Assembly (NCBI GenBank): GCA_963777315.1
Contig: CAVZQC010000005.1
Location: 64,001-128,000 of the forward strand
Source of the DNA: Vulcanimicrobiota bacterium
Lineage (GTDB): Bacteria; Vulcanimicrobiota; Vulcanimicrobiia; Vulcanimicrobiales; Vulcanimicrobiaceae
Length of the DNA: 64,000 bases
Direction: 5' to 3'
Under the pieces are notes generated by a model, which had not been told where the DNA came from, ran no database searches, and saw only the letters and a program-made list of their open reading frames with translations. Below are positions 57,778 to 64,000 of the stretch, piece by piece; the stretch's first letter is position 1; every line of letters begins with the position of its first letter. The position numbers and the translations under genes were made by a program.

Positions 57778-58659
57778 TTGATCGCCGCACGCCGTCCAAC
57801 GGTCGCTCGGGCGCACGAGCGAATCGCTTCGAGCGTATTATTCGCCGCCAGCGCGTTCGTGGTCGTCGTGATGGGTGCGCTGATTGCGTACTTAGCATAC
57901 ATGGGGCTGAAGATCGTCTTTATCGATCGCGTCAACCCGCTGCATTTCTTGTTCTCGGCGGACTGGACGTCCGATCCCAGTCATCCAGGCGCGCTGGTCT
58001 TCATCGTCGGATCGCTGGCGATCACGCTGTTTGCCATCGGCGTCGGCGGCCCGTTCGGCGTCGCGGTCGGCATTTTTCTTTCACAGCTCGCGCCCGCGCG
58101 GCTGGCTGGACTCATGAAACCTGCGATCGAAATATTGGTCGGCATACCTTCGGTGGTCTACGGCTGGCTGGGCTTGACGCTTCTCGTGCCGCTCATTCGC
58201 CAGTGTTCGTCTACGACCGGTTTCGGACTGCTCACCGCCGGCATCGTGCTCTCGATCATGATCTTGCCGACCGTCATCGCGCTCTCTGAAGACGCACTGC
58301 GTGCCGTGCACGTCTCACTCAAGGAAGGATCGATGGCGCTGGGCGCAACCCGCTGGCAAACGATTTGGAGCGTGATGCTTCCCGCGGCGCGCAGCGGTCT
58401 GGCCGTAGCGATCATCTTGGGCATCGCGCGCGCAATCGGTGAAGCGCTGGCAGTGCAAATGGTCATCGGAAACAGCGCGGTGCTGCCGCGCGGGCTGCTC
58501 GCGCCAACGGCGTCGCTGACGACGGAAATCGTTACCGATATGGGAAGCGCCCAGGAAGGCACGGTGCTCTATCACGCGTTGTTTTCGCTGGCGTTCATAC
58601 TCTTGTTGATTGCGATGGCGCTCATACTGGCCGTGCGCTTCGCGCTGCGCCGAGCGTGA
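57778..58659 (+). CDS. pstC: Phosphate ABC transporter permease PstC
   Basis: GIPSVVYG, MILPT, EGSMALGATRWQT, RAIGEALAV. Confidence 0.93.
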   Translation: MIAARRPTVARAHERIASSVLFAASAFVVVVMGALIAYLAYMGLKIVFIDRVNPLHFLFSADWTSDPSHPGALVFIVGSLAITLFAIGVGGPFGVAVGIFLSQLAPARLAGLMKPAIEILVGIPSVVYGWLGLTLLVPLIRQCSSTTGFGLLTAGIVLSIMILPTVIALSEDALRAVHVSLKEGSMALGATRWQTIWSVMLPAARSGLAVAIILGIARAIGEALAVQMVIGNSAVLPRGLLAPTASLTTEIVTDMGSAQEGTVLYHALFSLAFILLLIAMALILAVRFALRRA

Positions 58660-59574
58660 GCGCCGTGGTAACTGCTGCAGCGGCTGCCCGCAATGCCCGT
58701 TCCGGTACCGCAGCGCAGCGGCGTGCCGTCGATTACGCCATGACCGGCGTGCTTTGGAGCGCGGCTCTGGCCATCATCGTGCTGCTCGCGTTTTTCATCG
58801 GCTATATCGTGTATTTGGGCGCTCCGGCGATTTCGTGGCATTTTTTGACCGCTCCACCGAGCGAAATACGGGCCGGCGGCGGCATCGGACCGGAGATTTT
58901 CAATTCGTTCTATATTTTGGTGCTCACGCTGCTGTTCACCACGCCGATCGCCGCAGCCGGCGGAATCTATCTGCAGGAATATGCGCGGCCTGGCATCTTT
59001 ACCTCGCTGGTTCAGTTTTGTGCAGAATCGCTTTCGACGATCCCTTCGATCGTGATGGGGCTGTTCGGACTGCTCGTATTCGTCACGTATCTGCATTGGA
59101 AATTCACCGCATTGGGCGGCGCGCTTACCCTCACGCTTCTCAACCTGCCCGCACTCATGCGGGTGACGCAAGAAGCGGTTCTGAGCGTCCCTGGGGCCCT
59201 TCGGGAAGCGTCGATGGCGCTCGGAGCAACCAAATGGCAAACGATTCGCCGCGTCGTCGTGCCCAGCGCCATCGCACCGCTTACGACGGGCATCGTGCTG
59301 ATTGCCGGACGCATCTTTGGGGAAACGGCGGCGCTGATCTACACCGCCGGGGTGAGTGTGAGCGCGGGCACGTCGGCATACGACTTCAGCTCTGTTTCAC
59401 CAAGCGGAAACGCTTTCTGTTCACCTCTGGTATACGCATTCCGAGGGGCTCATTCCGGATGCCGAACGCGTAGGCAACGGTTCGGCGCTCGTCCTGCTGG
59501 CGATGGTACTGCTGTTCAACATCTCCGCGCGCCTGTTGGGCGGCGCATTCAGTAAACGCCTGAGCGGAAGATGA
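58656..59574 (+). CDS. pstA: Phosphate ABC transporter permease PstA; +1 frameshift near 59391
   Basis: [36 protein letters not shown]; the shifted frame supplies ETLSVHLWY...final TM and ends in an ATGA overlap with pstB. Confidence 0.9.
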
Positions 59575-60341
59575 GAAACCGCAACGGCGAAACCAAACTC
59601 TGCGTTGCCGATCTGAACGTTTGGTACGGAACGTTTCAAGCGATCAAAAACGCTTCACTGCGGGTGCGCAAGAACCGCGTAACTGCGCTGATCGGGCCGT
59701 CCGGGTGCGGCAAGTCGACGTTCATCCGCGCACTCAACCGTATGCACGACCTAGCCCCCGACGTTCGCGTGCAAGGTGAGGTAACCTTGGACGGCGAGGA
59801 CATCTACGCAAAGGACGTCGATCCGGTTACCATTCGTCATCGCATCGGCATGGTGTTTCAACGCGCAAACCCGTTTCCGAAGTCGATCTTCGAAAACGTG
59901 GTGTACGGCCCGAAGATCCACGGCGTGCGCTCGCGCAAACACCTCATGGAGATCGCCGAACGAAGCCTGCATCAGGCCGCGCTGTGGGACGAGGTAAAGG
60001 ACCGGCTCGACCGGTCCGCGCTCGATCTTTCGGGAGGACAGCAGCAGCGTCTGTGCATCGCGCGCGTGCTTGCAGTGGAACCGGAAGTCATTCTGATGGA
60101 CGAGCCGGCTTCGGCGCTCGATCCGATTGCTACCAGCAAGATCGAAGACCTCATCGGTGCTCTAAAGGAGCACTATACGGTAGTCATCGTCACGCACTCT
60201 ATGCAGCAAGCGGCACGCATATCCGATTACACGGCATTTTTCCTGATGGGGGAGCTGATAGAGGTAGGCAACACGCGCGATATCTTTTTCAAGCCGCGCG
60301 ACAAACGGACCGAGGACTACATTACGGGCCGCTACGGCTAA
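59571..60341 (+). CDS. pstB: Phosphate ABC transporter ATP-binding protein
   Basis: [42 protein letters not shown]. Confidence 0.96.
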   Translation: MRNRNGETKLCVADLNVWYGTFQAIKNASLRVRKNRVTALIGPSGCGKSTFIRALNRMHDLAPDVRVQGEVTLDGEDIYAKDVDPVTIRHRIGMVFQRANPFPKSIFENVVYGPKIHGVRSRKHLMEIAERSLHQAALWDEVKDRLDRSALDLSGGQQQRLCIARVLAVEPEVILMDEPASALDPIATSKIEDLIGALKEHYTVVIVTHSMQQAARISDYTAFFLMGELIEVGNTRDIFFKPRDKRTEDYITGRYG

Positions 60342-60404
60342 GCCATTGCGGACTGCGTGATGGCGCATGAACCGGGCCGGCTCGGCTAGAATAGGCCGCC
60401 CGCC

Positions 60405-61460
60405 ATGGTTGCACAGAAGATGAGAGCGCTTCGCAAAACTAAGCCGCAGCCCGGTTTCGTTCAGCAAGAGCTGCCGGTCCCGCAGATTGGGCCGTCCGAC
60501 GTGCTGATTCGCGTACAGAAGGTCGGCATATGCGGCACGGACGCGCACATCTACGACTGGGACAAATGGGCGCAGCATCGCGTGCATCCGCCGCTCACCG
60601 TCGGTCATGAGTTCATGGGGAAGGTCGCAGCGATCGGTTCGGCCGTGCAGATGGTCGGCGTGGGCGATCGGGTTTCGGCCGAAGGACACATTGCGGACGG
60701 CACGTGTTTGCTGTGCCGTACCGGCGAGGCACACATTTGCGAACGCGTCGAAATCATCGGGGTCGATCGCGACGGCGCGTTTGCCGACTACATCGCTATG
60801 CCGCAAGTCAACGTTTGGAAAATCGATCCGGTCATTCCGGACGAGTTCGCCGCGGTGTTCGACCCGCTCGGCAATGCGGTTCATACCGTGATGGCGGCCG
60901 GCGTGAGCGTGAAGTCGGTCGTTATTACCGGCGTGGGATCGATCGGGTTGATGGCGATACCCGTTGCACGCGCGGCCGGCGCATCGGCCGTGTACGCCGT
61001 CGACGTCAATCCGGCAAAACTGGAGCTCGCACGCAAACTCGGCGCCGACGAAACGTTTTCGGCCGCCGACCCCGGCTTGGTGCAGGCGATCCTGCAGCGC
61101 ACCGGCGGCGATGGGGTCGACGTGCTGCTGGAGATGTCGGGAAGCGGGCAGGCCATCGACGTCGGGCTGCGCATGGTGCGCAACGGCGGCAGAGCTGCGC
61201 TGCTGGGGATTCCCAGCGACAACATCAACATCAATTTGGCCGAACGGATCATTTTCAAGGGATTGACGGTTCTGGGCATAAATGGGCGGCGCATGTTCGA
61301 AACGTGGTACGAAACGCAAGCGCTGGTACGCAGTGGGCGAGTCGATCTGGGCCGGATCATCACGCACGTGCTGCCCTTCGAGCAGTTCGATCGTGCTTTT
61401 GAATTGATGCACAGCGGTGAAGCCGCGAAAATCGTTTTGGATTTGGGAGGCGGACAATGA
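60405..61460 (+). CDS. tdh: L-threonine 3-dehydrogenase
   Basis: GICGTDAHIYDWDKWA, GHEF, DPLGNAVHT, GINGRRMFETW. Confidence 0.93.
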   Translation: MVAQKMRALRKTKPQPGFVQQELPVPQIGPSDVLIRVQKVGICGTDAHIYDWDKWAQHRVHPPLTVGHEFMGKVAAIGSAVQMVGVGDRVSAEGHIADGTCLLCRTGEAHICERVEIIGVDRDGAFADYIAMPQVNVWKIDPVIPDEFAAVFDPLGNAVHTVMAAGVSVKSVVITGVGSIGLMAIPVARAAGASAVYAVDVNPAKLELARKLGADETFSAADPGLVQAILQRTGGDGVDVLLEMSGSGQAIDVGLRMVRNGGRAALLGIPSDNININLAERIIFKGLTVLGINGRRMFETWYETQALVRSGRVDLGRIITHVLPFEQFDRAFELMHSGEAAKIVLDLGGGQ

Positions 61461-62654
61461 ACGCGACGTTCGAGCGCAAGCTTCGCGCAGATATCAACGA
61501 TCTCAAAGCCGCGGGAACGCACAAATCGCTGCGCCATCTCACTACGCCGATGGCTCCCGAAGTGCATATGGAAGAAGCAGGCGACGTCATCGTGCTTTCG
61601 AGCAACAACTATCTCGGGCTTTCGGACGAGCCTTCAGTGATCGAGGCAGGCAAAACCGGATTGGATCGGTACGGTGCGGGCACGGCGTCCGTGCGCTTTA
61701 TCTGCGGCACGTTCGACATTCACCGTACGCTGGAAGACCGCATCGCGCGGTTTTTGAGCACGGAGGCTTCCCTCACGTACGTCTCGTGCTGGAATGCCAA
61801 TACGGGGTTGTTTCCGGTAGTGTGCGAAGATGGCTCGGCAATTCTTTCCGACGAGCTCAATCACGCATCGATCATCGACGGCTGCCGGTTGGCGAGCAAG
61901 TCCCGGCGCGAACGTTACAAACACGGCGACATGCGGGACTTGGAGGAAAAACTCAAATCGCTGCATGGTGCGGCTCCTCTGCTCATCGTCACCGACGGCG
62001 TGTTTTCCATGGAAGGCAGCCTTGCGAAATTGCCCGATATCGTCGAATTGGCTAAACGCTACGACGCAGTTACGGTCGTCGACGATTCCCACGGTACCGG
62101 CGTTATGGGTAAGAACGGTCGCGGAACGATCGAGCATTTCGGTCTGGAAGGCCAGGTCGACATCATCACCGGCACGTTGGGAAAAGCGCTCGGCGGTGCG
62201 GCCGGAGGTTTCGTGGCGGGCAGCGGCGCGCTCATCGACACGTTGATTCAAAAATCGCGCCCGCAACTTTTTTCAAACGCATTACCCGCAACCGTGGCAT
62301 GCAGCTCGCTGGCCGCGCTCGATTATCTGGAGAAGCATCCCGAAAGAGTCGAACGGCTGCGAGCAAACGTCGCGTATTTTCGCACTCAGCTCGAGCGCCT
62401 TGGCTTCAAACCGCTGGAAGGGGAGAGCGCCATCGTTCCGATCATCGTCGGCGATACGGCGTTTGCCATTGCAATGAGCAACAAACTGCTCCAACGCGGC
62501 GTCTTCGTAACGGGTTTCGGCTACCCGGTAGTTCCCGAAGGCACCGCGCGGATCCGCGTGCAGATGAGCGCCAAGCTTAACGCAGGAAGAAATGGATCGG
62601 GCCTTGCAGGCGTTTTCCGCCGTAGGCAAAGAAGTCGGATTGCTGAAGGAGTAG
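61457..62654 (+). CDS. kbl: Glycine C-acetyltransferase (2-amino-3-ketobutyrate CoA ligase); +1 frameshift near 62580
   Basis: SNNYLGL, SVRFICGT, NHASIIDG, DDSH, TLGKALGG; the shifted frame gives the normal end QEEMDRALQAFSAVGKEVGLLKE. Confidence 0.92.
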
Positions 62655-62656
62655 GG

Positions 62657-63523
62657 CTAGGCCGCTGCCTTCGATCCGTGGCGCTGAGCGTACACGTTTG
62701 TAAACTGCGCTCCGAGCAGCATGATTTGCGCGGAGTAGTTGACCCAAATCAGGAAAACCACCAGTGAACCAAAGGCGCCGTAGCCCGAACTGACTCCGGC
62801 TCTGCCCAAATACCATCCAAGCAGAAATTGACCAACGACGAAAAGGAACGACGTGAATGCTGAACCAATCCACACGTCGCTCCATTCGATGTGGCAATCG
62901 GGCAAATATTCGAATAGCACCGCGAATCCCAGCCATATGACGGCGAACGAGATCACGAAGTCCACGATCTTGATGACCGTTGGGAAAAACGGCGCAATGT
63001 GGATGAGCCAGCCCGATGCGGCGGTGAGCAGCGCATTGACGCCTATCGAAATCAGCAGCAGCAGCGCGATCAGCATCATCACGCCAAAGCCGGTGATGCG
63101 CTGCTTTATCGCTTGCCAAATGCCCATTTTTTGCGGCGTGAGATCCCATATGGTGTTCAAAGCAAACTGTACCGCGTTGAAAAGGCCGATCGACGCGATG
63201 ATAAATACGATCCAGCCGACGATTTCGGCGAGAATACCTTTGCGCGGGGCGTTGAACGTCGCGGAAACGATCTGCTTGACCGCGCCTGCTCCTGCTCCGG
63301 CATCGCGCTGCAAATATCCAAAGATGTCGTTGAGAACCCGTTGGTGATTCCCCACCACCAAGCCGGCAATTTCGACGAGTACGATGATGAGCGGCGCGAC
63401 GGCGAAGGCGGCGAAATAGGCCAGAGCCGCAGCGAGCCATTGACCGTTGTGACGCCCGAATTCTTGCCATGTCTGCTTCGCAAGGGGCACCGCGTCTTGC
63501 CGCAGTTGCGTCCACGCACTCAT
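62657..63523 (-). CDS. YihY/virulence factor BrkB family membrane protein
   Basis: AAALAYFAAFAVAP, LNTIW, EYLPD, YGAFGSLVVFLIWVNYSAQIMLLGA. Confidence 0.9.
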   Translation of the reverse strand: MSAWTQLRQDAVPLAKQTWQEFGRHNGQWLAAALAYFAAFAVAPLIIVLVEIAGLVVGNHQRVLNDIFGYLQRDAGAGAGAVKQIVSATFNAPRKGILAEIVGWIVFIIASIGLFNAVQFALNTIWDLTPQKMGIWQAIKQRITGFGVMMLIALLLLISIGVNALLTAASGWLIHIAPFFPTVIKIVDFVISFAVIWLGFAVLFEYLPDCHIEWSDVWIGSAFTSFLFVVGQFLLGWYLGRAGVSSGYGAFGSLVVFLIWVNYSAQIMLLGAQFTNVYAQRHGSKAAA

Positions 63524-63634
63524 AATGCCAACGCATTTACCCCGAACCGGAACGGGCAGCATGCGGGCGGCCGCTCTGAGGTTCCAGACCCGCCTGCTAA
63601 GGGGCTGCGCCTGCCTTTTCCGAAAAAGCGTGCC

Positions 63635-64000
63635 ATGCGCGAGAACCTGCGTTTCGAGGGACTGACGCTCACGGTCGAGAGCGTCGAAGAGTCGCTGCGT
63701 TTTTACCGGGACAAGATCAAACTCGACGTCGCTTTCGTTTCGCTGCCGGCGTTCGCGTTGTTACGCGCCGGCGAAGGGACCGTCGGTCTGCTTTCGCTCC
63801 AGGAAGCGGTCAAGGAGGGTGCGGCACGGACCACGCCCGAGCATAGACGCGGCATTCACATCGAGTTCAGTACCGACGACGTCGACGTCTTGTACGCGAG
63901 CCTTTCGGCAGACGGCGTTGAATTCGTCGAACCTCCGCATGACGAACCGTGGGAACGCTCTATGACGGCGCTGGATCCCGACGGGTACTCCGTTGAATTC
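63635..64000 (+). CDS. VOC/glyoxalase family protein (partial, runs off window end)
   Basis: LTVESVEESLRFYRD...HIEFSTDDVD...EPPHDEPWERSMTALDPDGYSVEF. Confidence 0.85.
   Translation, partial: MRENLRFEGLTLTVESVEESLRFYRDKIKLDVAFVSLPAFALLRAGEGTVGLLSLQEAVKEGAARTTPEHRRGIHIEFSTDDVDVLYASLSADGVEFVEPPHDEPWERSMTALDPDGYSVEF

Overview
GC-rich bacterial chromosomal segment, mostly housekeeping genes. It combines Firmicute-like synteny (yabE-like/rsmA; accB-slot/accC/nusB...xseAB/tlyA/nadK/recN; rimP/nusA/ylxR/infB/rbfA/nrnA/truB/ribF) with a TonB-ExbBD system. This suggests a diderm Terrabacteria lineage such as Eremiobacterota/Vulcanimicrobiota (inference only). About 75 CDS were recognised by eye; no rRNA, tRNA, CRISPR, transposase or prophage was seen. 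Four genes (tlyA, ribF, pstA, kbl) carry single-base insertions, probably assembly errors. Most notable signals: (1) FolK fused to a complete AccB-like protein lacking the biotin-acceptor lysine (EALGI instead of EAMKM), directly before accC, reminiscent of plant BADC regulators; (2) a perfect LexA-type box inside a strong promoter driving a degenerate RNase H-like protein and an MPG glycosylase; (3) a stand-alone structured ncRNA candidate with its own promoter and terminator upstream of rimP; (4) a doubly inactivated HD-GYP protein coupled to a degenerate DNA adenine methyltransferase-like protein; (5) a Clp ATPase with a Zn ribbon plus hydrophobic anchor; (6) two long intergenic palindromic elements. 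All family calls come from motif recognition, not database searches.
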